DNA from: Octopus sinensis | Taxonomy: Eukaryota | Reading direction: 5' to 3' | NCBI RefSeq assembly: GCF_006345805.1 | Contig: NC_043025.1 | Coordinates: 15,252,001 to 15,316,000 of the forward strand | DNA length: 64,000 nt | Shown: piece after piece, positions 36,301 to 49,230 of the stretch | How positions within the stretch are numbered: the first letter of the stretch is position 1 | Layout of the letters: every line of letters begins with the position of its first letter | The notes under the pieces: model-generated | Seen by the model: only the letters and a program-made list of their open reading frames with translations | What the model was told of the DNA's origin: nothing | Database searches by the model: none | Program-made: the position numbers and the translations under genes

Positions 36301-39300
36301 AAAGTCTGTTTCACCTTTGCAGAGTCTGAATGGGGCCATTGGAGATTTGCTTGCAGATTTTCTAAAGGACTAAGTGCGGGCTTTGTCAAGTCTGAGTGCG
36401 GGCTTTGGCAGGTCTGAGTGCGGGCTTTGGCAGGTCTGAGTGCAGGCTTTGGCAGGTCTGAGTGCGGGCTTTGGCAGGTTTGAGTGCGGGCTTTGGCGGG
36501 TCTGAGTGCGGGCTTTGGCGGGTCTGAGTGCGGGCTTTGGCAGGTCTGAGTGCAGGCTTTTGTGGGTCTGAGTGCAGGTCTTGTAAAGGACTGAGTGTGG
36601 TCTTTCTGAGGGATTTGAGTGCAGTTTTCAGATGAACTCTGTGTGGCTTTCTAAAAATACAATATTTGTGAGAAAAATCAACAAATCTATTGGATTTTGT
36701 TGATTGGGGTACAGTATTGATGGCCATGGTTGGAAGAGCATAAATTTGCATGCTGTTACTACTACTATTACTAATGAATATGCTTAATTACATTTTCCTT
36801 GTATTTTAGATTATTTATTGGACCGAATATTACCTGTTTATGAGTGTTTGGAGAAATTAGGGAACTCATTTCAGAATTACAAATCTAATCCAATTTGTAA
36901 GTTCTTTAATACTTTTCTCCCCTTTGTTGCTTGCATCCACATCTTCAGACATCATACATTTTATATACATACGTATATGTGTGTGTGTGTGTATATATAT
37001 ATAAATGGTTGTTTTCATGTTCAGTTACAAAAAACCAGTTTTACATTAACCCTTTAGCATTTAAACCGGCCAAATCCGGCCAAAAGTATTCTGCTTGTTT
37101 TATGTTCAAACTGGCCAGATCTGATCTCTCACACCAACCCTACAATATCGTTTTAAAAATTAACAGCTACCTCATCAAAATCTCATAGCTACAAGATAAT
37201 GCATGATTAGTTCAAGACAATGTGGATAAAAAAGGATTAATTTTGGTAGAATAATGTGAACACTAAAGGGTTAATCTGATGGGTTACTCTACGCTTTTGT
37301 AGAGTAGAAATTTATTTATTAACTTCAAAGTCATCGTCAATAACATTCTTGTATAAGAATTATATATTATATACACACACACGCACACACATGCATAAAA
37401 TGTATATTGCCCATCTATCTCAACTTTCCTGTTCCCTTTTACCCTCCTGTCCTTTTTGCCCCCTCTTTCCCCCTCTTACCTTCCTGACCCTTTTGTCCCC
37501 TCTTACCCTCCCATCCCTCTTACCCTCCTGTCCCTCTTTACCTCCCATCCCTCTTACCCTCCTGACCCTCTTGTCCCCTCTTACCCTCCTGACCCTTTTG
37601 TCCCCTCTTACCCTCCCATCCCTCTTACCCTCCTGTCCCTCTTTACCTCCCATCCCTCTTACCCTCCTGACCCTCTGTCCCTCTTACCCTCCTGACCCTT
37701 TTGTCCCCTCTTACCCTCCCATCCCTCTTACCCTCCTGTCCCTCTTACCCTCCCATCCCTCTTACCCTCCTGACCCTCTTGTCCCCTCTTACCCTCCTGA
37801 CCCTTTTGTCCCCTCTTACCCCCCATCCCTCTTACCCTCCTGTCCCTCTTTACCTCCCATCCCTCTTACCCTCCTGACCCTCTTGTCCCCTCTTACCCTC
37901 CTGACCCTTTTGTCCCCTCTTACCCTCCCATCCCTCTTACCCTCCTGTCCCTCTTTACCTCCCATCCCTCTTACCCTCCTGACCCTCTTGTCCCCTCTTA
38001 CCCTCCTGACCCTTTTGTCCCCTCTTCCCTCCCATCCTCTTACCCTCCTGTCCCTCTTTACCTCCCATCCCTCTTACCCTCCTGACCCTCTTGTCCCCTC
38101 TTACCCTCCTGACCCTTTTGTCCCCTCTTACCCTCCCATCCCTCTTACCCTCCTGTCCCTCTTTACCTCCCATCCCTCTTACCCTCCTGACCCTCTTGTC
38201 CCCTCTTACCCTCCTGACCCTTTTGTCCCCTCTTACCCTCCCATCCCTCTTACCCTCCCGTCCCTCTTACTCTCCCATCCCTCTTACCCTCCCATCCCTC
38301 TTACTCTCCCATCCCTCTTACCCTCCCATCCCTCTTACCCTCCCATCCTCTTACCCTCCTGACCCTCTTGTCCCCTCTTACCCTCTGACCCTCTTGTCCC
38401 CTTTTACCCTCCCGTCCCTCTTACTCACCCGTCACTCTTGTCCCCTGTTTCTCTTGCCTCCAATTGCTATCCTGTTCCTCTTTCTACTACTTATCTCCTT
38501 TAACTCTCTTGATCCCCTTTGCCATCCTCGACCCTTTTCTCCCCTTTTAATCTCTTGTCCCCTCTGGTCTCCTGTCGATCTTCTCTCTACAAACCAACCA
38601 AAGACCAAAATGTTTCAAGGTTGGAATCGTTTAGGGTCTGGCTGTACAGGACCAGGGACCAGGCCTGTTCACCTCTCCCTTCTTAAAACAACAACTGTTG
38701 CCTTATTGCTTTTACTCTCTCTCTCTCTCTCTCTCATCCTCTTCTTTCACACATGGAAAGCACCCCCTCCTCTTCTGCTCCCAGTTTACCAAGAAACTGG
38801 GTTTCTCCATGACCATCTCTTCTTATTTAGACCCTCCACAGTTACACTCTCATGTGTGCATTTTCTCTTTTGCCCCCCCCCCCCGGACAGTAAGCTGGGT
38901 TTTCCACCCTTCTTTCTCCCTCATATTCTCTCCTTCCCTCTCTTACACATTCTTTCATTGTCCCTCCTTTTTATTCTCTCTCCTTTCTCTTTCTCTCTCA
39001 CCCTCTCACTTTCCTTTCACTCTCCCTCTTTCTTCTTCTCTCTCACCTCCATCCCTCTCTTCCACCTCTCTGTCTCTCCCTCCCCCCCTCCTCCCTTCTC
39101 TCTGACCTTTTCCTTCTCTTCCTCTTTCCCACCTCACTCAGTTTCTCTCTCTCCCACCTCACTCTCTCACAGTCTCTCTCTCTTCCTCTCTCCTACCTCA
39201 CTCTCTCACAGTCTCTCTCTTTCTCTCTCACAGTCTCTCTCTCCCTCTCTCCTACCTCACTCTCTTACAGTCTCTCTCTCTCTCTCTCTCTTTCAGCTAT

Positions 39301-42300
39301 ACAAGACTTAATCACTTCAATGGTTGATTTTTCACACCGACTCTCCGACTCTGTCCAGTATGGTTTAGCAACGTCACACTCAGCCCAGCTAAGTGCTGGT
39401 GAAGGTAAGATGCTGTGTGGTGGTGTTCATGCTGTGTCTGTATTTCGACATGGCAGAATAGACCAATCCTCTGCACTCTTTAGTAGTAATAATAATAGTA
39501 ATAATAATAATTCTTTCTACTAAAGGCACAAGGTCTGAAATATGTAGGGAGCATGTAAATCGATTTCATTGACCCCAGTGTATAACTGGTACTCACTTTA
39601 TTTAAAGGAACAAAGGCAAAGTTGGCCTTGGTGGAATTTGAACTCAGAACGTAACGGCAGACAAAATACCTATTTCTTTACTAACCACAAGGGGCTAAAC
39701 ATAGAGGGGACAGATAAGGACAGACAAAGGGATTAAGTCGATTAGATTGACCCCAGTGCGTAACTGGTACTTAATTTATTGACCCTGAAAGGATGAAAGG
39801 CAAAGTCGACCTCGGCAGAATTTGAACTCAGAATGTAACGGCAGATGAAATACCGTTAGGCATTTCGCCCAGCGTGCTAACGTTTCTGCCAGCTCGCCGC
39901 CTTATACCACTAAGCATTTTGCTTGGGTTGCTAACAATTCTGCCAGCTTACCACCAAAGTAGTAGTAATAATAATAATGATAATGTGTGTAAAATTTGTC
40001 TCTATACATCATCATCTATTGTCCATGCTTCATGTTGGACAGTTTAACAAGATCGAATGGCATGAACAACTGCATCCAACTGCAGTTGGCAGGGTTTCTA
40101 CAACTGGATGCCCTTCCTTATGCCAACCACTTCAGTGTGTCTTGGGTGCTTTTTACGTGGCACTGACAGTGGTAAGGTTGTCATGTGGCTTGCAAGGCTA
40201 CAAAATGTTTGAGGAGGAGTGCCTATGTTCAGAGACTAAGGAGTAAAGGAGTAGAGAGGGATAAAGTGTGGGGAAAAAAAGGCCGGGGCAGAAGGGGTTT
40301 GTGAGGGAGGCCTCTACATGGTTGTTAGACCTGCTAGAAATAGCAATCAAATCTCTCTCAAGGAATCATTGAGAGGTGCTGGGAAGTGATAGAAATAGGG
40401 GAAATGAGGTGTCAGGATGGTTGGTCATAGTCGGCAGGGAGCAGAAGAGTGGTAATGATGATGTAGTAGACAGGGAGAATGGTGAAAGAAAAAAATAATG
40501 AGTTGTTTGGGTGGGTTTTGCAAGAGTGGGCCAGGAAGGGAGAGGGGAAAGATGGTGGTGCAGGGGGGAGGGGGACCAAGGATCAGTTTTATTAAAAACT
40601 AGCAGTATCGCCCTGCGTTGCTCGGGTTTGCAAGGGAAATAACTATAAAGCATTTTTAGAGAGTTATAGCCAAAAAATAGCAAAAAAATGGGGGAAAAAA
40701 TGATGGTAAATTTTTTTTATAGTTAAAAAGGTCGAGTTGCGTCCCCTAGACAGTCTGTGGTTTGTGTTTCTGATTCTCGACCCCATGTCGAATTTATCGA
40801 TCTTTTTCAGAACTGGGGGAACTTTTCAAAATTTTCGCTGCGTTAGTTTTGAATTATGACATTGGGCTATGTGTGTGTCAAGTTTCATCAGAATCGGTTG
40901 AAAGCCGTGGTCAGGGTGAGGGTACAACCAAACAGACACACAGAAACACACACAGACAAACTGCCGTTTATATAGAGAGAGATGAATTTGATTTTTCTGT
41001 ATTTTTTTTGTTTCTATTTTGTATTTTCATTTGTTTCTTTCTTCTCCAGAATTAAACACGACCTGTAAGAACACAATTGACGAAAGCATGAAGGCGTTAA
41101 CCCAAATAGAGAAAGGTAATTGAAGGGTTTCTGTTGGGGCTGGTAGTTGAACGCCTTCCACCCGCTCTCTCCAAGGGCAGCTCTGATTATGGCATGCCAG
41201 CCATGACTATCCTGTCTTTATTTGTTTTTTTGGGGGTTTTTTTTTCCTTTTTTCGAGTGGCTGAGTGGTAAGTAGCTTGCTTACCAACCACATGGTTCTG
41301 GGTTCAGTCCCACTGCGTGGCACCTTGGGCAAGTGTCTTCTACTATAGCCTCGGGCTGACCAAAGCCTTGTGAGTGGATTTGGTAGACGGAAACTGAAAG
41401 AAGCCCGTCGTATATATATATGTGTGCATGTATGTTTGTGTGTCTGTGTTTGTCCCCCTAGCATTGCTTGACAACCGATGCTGGTGTGTTTACGTCCCCC
41501 GTCACTTAGCGGTTCGGCAAAAGAGACCGATAGAATAAGTTCTGGGCTTACAAAAGAATAAGTCCCGGGGTCGAGTTGCTCGACTAAAAGCGGTGCTCCA
41601 GCATGGCTGCAGTCAAATGACTGAAACAAGTAAAAGAGAGAGTAAGAGTAAATACCAGCATGGCTCTACGGTTAAGAAGCTTACCCTACACCCACATGGT
41701 TCCTGGTTCAGTCCCACTGCATGACACCTTGGGCAAGTGTCTTTTCCTATAGCCTTAGGCTGGCTAATGCCTTGTGAGTGAATTTGGTAGATGGAAACTG
41801 TGTGGAAGCCTGTTACACACACGCACACATATATGTGGCTGTGTGGTTAGGAAGCTTGATTCTCAACTACATGGTTCCAGGTTCAGTCTCACTATGTAGC
41901 ACTTTGAGCGAGTGTCTTCAACTGTAGACTTGGCCACCCGAAGTCTTGTGTGTGACTTTGGTAGGCAGAAGTTCTGTTGTGTGTATATGTTTGTGAAAGT
42001 GCTTGTGACTCCTTCAATGTGTGTGTGTGACAACCAGCCCTCTTTCACATGCACACACGCACCTTCATGTTGGGGCGAGGTCACTTGACCCTGTTATCTC
42101 CCCTACTATCCCTCTAGCGTTTAACGTCTGACATCTGATCTCTGACTTCTGCCTGAAATCAGAACGCCATGATAGACTGTTAGCTCCTACACGCATTTTT
42201 TTTCTCTCCTTGTTTTTTTTCTGTGTATCTTTCTGTCGAAGAGCGTAGGCTCGAGACATAAAAGACTTGTTCTATTTCTATTCCTGTACTCCACCTGCCT

Positions 42301-45300
42301 TCGTCTTTTGTTTATTTTCATAAACCTTCCCGTTATATATTATTTAATACCAACACTCATCAAACGAGCCTAGTTTGTCAAGTTTGAATATGCTTCTACA
42401 AATATGTGAACTACTAATACAAACATACATGTGCACACACACACAAATGTATGATATTTAGCAGTTTTCACACATTGTGAAGCATAGTGAAGGCTGTGGT
42501 TCACTGAGGTCATAATATGGCTGAAACCTATCTGATGTTGCCTCCCCTTATATATCAGAAGATTGAAATTAATGATGTACACTATCATTATTCACCTGTA
42601 AAAACAACTCCTCTGCTTGGCCATGTGGTTAAGACATTCACTTCAGCCCTGTGACAAATTGGACCCAGGTTCAATCTCAATGATTGAGTGGCTGCTGTCA
42701 TACATTCTAGTGAATCCAAATCTTATATAAGAGAAAGAAGGAAATTGTATTGAAGCCTGTTCGATGGAACAGACTGTATTTGTTCTTGTGCAACAGATCT
42801 AACTCATTGTCATGTTTCACACCATCCCCTTGACCCTTGGGAAGACCACGTTTTTTGATTCAAGGACCACTCCCTCCTCCTCCCTTGCCAGCCATGGGAC
42901 TCTATCCTCCAACTACTTCCCTTTAGATTGAACTTACTTCAGTGCTCCCATATTGGGTGACCCCTGAGGCAGTCAAAGTACTCCAGCTGGGTCATTCGAC
43001 AGCCTCCTTCAGTGCAAGTTCCCTGTCCATCATTTGATGCCAGTTCCTCTTAGGATGTCCCCTGTACTGTTGCCTCTAAGGGTTCCACTTAAGGATTTAA
43101 TCAATGAGTGTGATAGTTGGAAACTTACATGTTCCAGCCAACTCTGTTGGCACTTGCAGATGGTGATGGTCGCTAGGCATTGGGCTGATCTTCTCGTGAC
43201 CTCTTCATCATCATCATCACTGTTTTATGTCCACTTTCCATGCTGGCATGGGTTGGACAGTTTGACTGGGGACTGACAAGCCAGAAGGCTGCACCAGGCT
43301 CCAGTCTGATCTGGCAGTGTTTCTACAGCTGGATGCCTTTCCTAATGCCAACCACTCCAAGAGTGTAGTGGGTACCTTTTATGTGCCACCAGCACAGGAA
43401 CCTGTCAGGCGGGCCTGGCATCATTCACGTTTGGATAATCCTTTTTACATGCCACCGGCACGGAAGCTAGTCATGGGTTACTGGCATTGGCCACATTCAA
43501 ATGGTGCTTTTAACGTGCCATCGGCATGGGGGGCCAGTCAGGCGGTCCTGGCATCAATCACATACTGATAAAGTCCTTATATTTGATGCTTAGTATTTTC
43601 CAGAAGCCTTTACTTCCAACTGCATCCAGTTTCTTTTTCTGGGGATGCTTTTCACCTGCCTTGTTTCACAGCCATATGCGAGAGGAGAGAGTTTGTTGGA
43701 TTTGCAGAACCACAATATGGCTTTTAGAGAAGATTTCTTGCTCTTCCAGGTTTTACTAAACTAGTTGAATTCTGCTGATATGTTTCCCATTCTGCAATTA
43801 AGCACCTTCACCCTGTCTTGTTTGCAGTGAATCAAGCTGCCAAGATAGATGAAGGTGTCTATGACCCGTGCTTTCTTCTGGTCAGGAAATGTGTCTCAGT
43901 ATATGTTTTTGCTTTCCCTCAAGGCCACGCTAAATCCTATCCACTTTGTGTGCTTGTTGCAGATGAGAACTCTGTGTTGGCACAGTTTGGTGTAGTCTTA
44001 GAAAACGTCAAGAAGATGCAGTCTTGTGCTGAGACGCTGTTACCAAAGATTGCTGATGTGAAAGACAAGGAGATTGGAGACATGGTTGAATCAGAGATGC
44101 AACTCACAACAAGTGCCATTGACCTTGCAGCCAGTAAAATTGAGGTAGGTTGCTGCTTTTGTTTATCAGGTGTGACTGTGTGGTAGGACATATGCTTCCC
44201 TTTTCACTCACATGGTTCTGGGTTCAGTCCCACTGTGTGGCACCTTATATCTAAAATAAATAATATTGCTTCCTGTATATGATTCACTTCTTTAAAAAGG
44301 TTCCTCAATGCCACCTTGGGGTATTGACGTAACAAGGGGGAAAGTCCCTCACCCTCTATTTTAATGTTTTCATTGCAAACAACTCTGATAACTTACTGAA
44401 AGAAATAAAAACCATCGGAGGTGCCTTTTCGGTAAAAAAAAAAAAAAATTGTAAATATTTTCAGAGGATAGGGTGTATGATTCAAGGGAGATTTGGCTGT
44501 TGTTTCTAGCACATTCCAAACTACACTCCGTTTTCATTCTTGCATTTGTCACATGTATTTCTAGCAGAAAAATATGCTATTCAAATGAATCCTCATTTGT
44601 GTACCTCTGTTTTGAAATCATTGTGAATAAATGCCGGCCATGACCTTCTCTGCTCTCCAATGCTTAAATTATAAACAGAAATGGGGGGGGGGGGGCAGGG
44701 AGTGAGATTGCAAAACAATCAATTTTCCACATCTTCTTTATAGCATATAAATGTATTTATGGGGAGAAAAATATTGAAAGCTTCAACACATTTGACAGTG
44801 AGTAAGAAATGAGGAAGTACTAGAAACAACAGCCAAATCTCCTTTAAATTACTCACTTTTTCTTTTGAAAATATAAACAATATTTTAGCAAAAAGGTTTT
44901 GAAATGCCAAAAAAATTGGCCTGGAGTGGGATGATGAAGGGGCGGGGTTCTACAAAAGAATTTTTTTTTCATAAAAAGATGTCCCTCCCCATTATTTTGA
45001 AGGCTGTCGTTTAAAAGAAATTGGGGAGATCAGATGGAGTGGCTGCAACTTATTGGGTTTTCCTGATCCAAAACTGGTTTTTCTTTTTCTTTTGAAATGC
45101 CTCTCCCTACCACCTTGGAACAAATTTTCCCCATAAATTTCTTCGTAATTGTAATCTCTGCCATTTGAAAGGTATTTGGTAAAATCTCATTAAAGGATAT
45201 CCATTTTCCTGAAAGCTATGAGGGAAAACAGTTGGATCGTGTGAATTTTCTAAAACTCCTCTATCCATACCCTCAGAAAAATTCTTTCCCATAAATCCCT

Positions 45301-46484
45301 ATATAGGCGCAGGAGTGGCTGTGTGGTAAGTAGCTTGCTAACCAACCACATGGTTCCGGGTTCAATCCCACTGGGTGGCACCTTGGGCAAGTGTCTTCTG
45401 CTATAGCCCCGGGCCGACCAAAGCCTTGTGAGTTGATTTGGTAGACAGAAACTGAAAGAAGCCTGTTGTATAGATGTATATATATATGTGTGTGTTTGTG
45501 TGTCCCCCTAGCATTGCTTGACAACCGATGCTGGTGTGTTTATGTCCCCGTTACTTAGCAGTTCGGCAAAAGAGACCGATAGAATAAGTACTGGGCTTAC
45601 AAAAGAATAAGTCCCGGGGTCGAGTTGCTCGATTAAAGGCGGTGCTCCAGCATGGCTGCAGTCAAATGACTGAAACAAGTAAGAGTAAAGAGTAATATAC
45701 TCTGCATCCACAGCATCTAAGGGGTATTTGTTGAAAATTTCGTTAAAAAGTATACATTTTTCTGAAAGTTATGTGGCAACAAATTTGGGTGGAGTACCCA
45801 TCTGTAATCATGCTGCTATACCTACCTTTCTACCTGTCTGTCTGTCTATCTGTGTTAAGGCTATGAGTTTATAACCCGAGTGGATCCAACTCCTTCTTGT
45901 CCGTACATAAAACAGTAGGGTGTGATTTGAGGAAAATTTGGCTGCTATTTCTACCACTGAGAGGTCTCCTTCATTGGCTCGTAGTAACCTGTGTGTACAT
46001 TGATGTTTTTTGTAGGAAATGTTGAAGAAAACGCAGGAAGACACAACTGGTTTAAATCTGGAGGTCAACGAAAGTATTCTCGATGCGTGCACAGGCCTTA
46101 TGCAGGTCAGTGAGGCACAGTGTGGCATTGTGCCGCTCTGTTGTTGTTTTAATTTTTTTTTATTGTTTCTATCTTTGTTGAAATCTATATACACCCATCT
46201 TTGCATGCACACACACACACGTGTATGTGTGTAGATTTTTATGGAGTGGTGCACAGATTGTACGATTAGGAAAAGGACGTAGTCAGGATGGAGGATAAGA
46301 ACGATTTATTCACTGCTTCTGTCTCTCTTTTGGAAGATTCATCATGAATGATATATTTATGAAAAAATTCATACCTTTTATGTATATATATATATATAAA
46401 ATGTGAAATTAGAGATAAAACCACTATTATGCAACTCAGTGATAGACATAAACTAATACATAAATAACAAATAATATAAATATA

Positions 46485-46515
<31 letters not shown>

Positions 46516-47826
46516 ATTTTTTTTTTCAAAAAGTATAAAAAGAATGATAAATATACTTACTATAGTATATTTATCGTTCTTTTTATACTTTTTGAAAAAA
46601 ATAATTATATATATATTATATTAATTATATTTATATTATTTGTTATTTATGTATTAGTTTATGTCTATCACTGTTTGAGTTGCATAATAGTGGTTTTATC
46701 TCTAATTCATATTTTATATATTTACTGTGAAATTTGATTTAATACTAAATCTAATTTTTCCCTGTAAGTTTGGAGCTATACTCCCTAATATTATTATATA
46801 TATATATATATCATCATCATCATCATCATTTAGCGTCTGTTCTCCATGCTGGCATGGGTTAGATGGTGCAACTGGGGTCTGGGAAGCCAGAAGGCTGCAC
46901 CAGGCTCCAGTCTGATCTGGCAATGTTTCTACAGCTGGATGCCCTTCCTAACGCCAACCACTCTGTGAGTGTAGTGGGTGCTTTTTAAGTGCCACCGGCA
47001 TGCATATATGGGTACAGGATGCCACCAACAGTGCAAATAACATGAAATACATTAAGAAATGAGAAAATAAGTAAACAATAAAAAATGGAAAACAAGACAA
47101 GTGAACCCAGAAAAAAGGACCCTTCATCAGTTGTCGACTTTCTATCTACTCCCCATTTCAATCATTCAACGACAATATGAGTCTTCAAAGACAGTTGCAC
47201 CCATAAATTCTAAAATAAAATTTTGGATTTATGGAGGGTCAAAGTTGGGAACAAAAAAAAAATGATAGTGGAGACCCCTATTTTGTGCGTGTGTGTGGGT
47301 GGGTGAGAGTAAAAGACCTGGCATTCTGTTAGTGATAGTGAAGAGGGTTCCACTTGATCTGATGAATGGAACAGTCTGCTCATGAAATTAACGTGCAAGT
47401 GGCTGAGTACTCCACAGTTCTCAGGGAGATTCAGCATCATACAGAATGTGACAAGGCTGGCCCCTTTGAAATATGACAGCTGAGTGAATTGGGGCAATGA
47501 GAAATATAAGTGTCTCGACCAAGGACAGAACATCACTGGGAATTGAACTCTCAACCTTACAATCATGAGCCAACATCCCTAACCACTCAGCCATGCACCA
47601 TCTCCTTTTTTTGAAGACATGGTCATCGTTGTTGTTGTTATTATTAAGGCAGTAAACTGGCAGAATCGTTAGCACACTGGATGAAATGCTTGGTGGTATT
47701 TTTCCTGTTGCTAAGCCCTGAGTTCAAATTCTGCGGAGGTTGACTTTGCCTTTCATCCTTTTGGGATTGATGTGACTGACTCACCCCTTCCCCCGAAATT
47801 GCTGCCCTTGTGGCAAAATTTGAAAC

Positions 47827-47860
<34 letters not shown>

Positions 47861-49197
47861 GTTATTATTATTGTTATTATTATTGTTATTATTACCTCTG
47901 TCTTAGCGAAGGCGGGGGTATTTTTTCCAATTGTGTTTGTTTGTTTGTCTGTGGACAAGATATCTCAAGAACCACTGGATGGATTCGGATGAAACCTTCA
48001 GGGATGTTTGGCCTTGGAACTGGCACAAACTGATTAGATTTTGGCATCAATCTGGTACCGGACAAGGATTCTGGATTATTTTTCTGGTTGTTGTTTTACT
48101 TAATTTTTGAGAGCGGTCGGGTTCATTTTTAGTATTGTCATTTGTGAAAGCAGTCGTGTTTATTTCAGATATTCTCGTTTTAAAAATCATTTCTGGCTAA
48201 TCATTGAGAGGATGTTAGTGTAGCATTGATGAAGGCTTGCACTCTCTGAGTGTTGTTATTGTTATTATTATTTGTTTATTTATTTTCCAGGCTATAAAAG
48301 TGCTTGTTGAGAAATCTCGAGATTTACAAAAAGAAATCGTTGCCCAAGGGCGGGTAAGTGAAATGTTTCTTTTTCTTTAACTTTTCTTAGAAAGAATTTT
48401 TTTTTTTTTTTTCCATTTGGCTAATTTTGTTTCCTGGCCAGCAATTTGGGGGGAAAAACTGAAGTTGATGACATTGATCCCAGCATTCAGTTGGTACTTG
48501 ATTTTATTGATTAAGGTGGTGAACTGGCAGATACGTTAGCACGCCGGGCGAAATGCTTAGCGGTATTTCAGCTGCCGTTACGTTCTGAGTTCAAATTCCG
48601 CCGAGGTCAACTTTGCCTTTCATCCTTTCAGGGTCGATAAATTAAGTACCAGTTATGCACTGGGGTCGATGTAATCGACTTAATCCATTTGTCTGTCCTT
48701 GTTTGTCCCCTCTATGTTTAGCCCCTTGTGGGTAGTAAAGAAATGGGTACTTGATTTTATTGACCCCCAAAAGGGTGAAAGAAACAACAGTTTGACAGAA
48801 CAATGAAACTAGAAAGAATGCTCCAGCATGGGAACGATTCTGTCAGCTCACCACCCAAACAATGATGATAATGATAATCCTTTCTGCTAAAGGCACAAGG
48901 CCTGAAATTTGTGGGGAGGGGACAAGTCAATTACATCGACCCCAGTGTTTCACTGGTACTTAATTTATTGACCCCCGAAATTGGCAGAATTTTAACCCAG
49001 AACATGGCAATAATAGTAACAATAATGATAATAATTCTATTTATTATTGGCCCAAAGCCTGAAATTTTGTGTGATTACATTGACCCCAGGGACTTATTGG
49101 ATTCAGAATATAAAGGAAGATAACTCAATACTGGAACATGGCCACAATTTGTAGAAGATTGGTGAGGTGGGGGGATCAGTTAAATCTGCTTTTCTTT

Positions 49198-49230
<33 letters not shown>

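Noticed and set aside
37349-39311. 337-aa and 406-aa ORFs
   Set aside because: Stop-free by-products of C/T-rich repeats; only the last 15 nt of the second ORF (39297-39311) overlap a real exon.
47090-47135. CTGATGA on the - strand with a GACAA/TTGTC stem
   Set aside because: No GAAA or stem II partner, so not a hammerhead as it stands.
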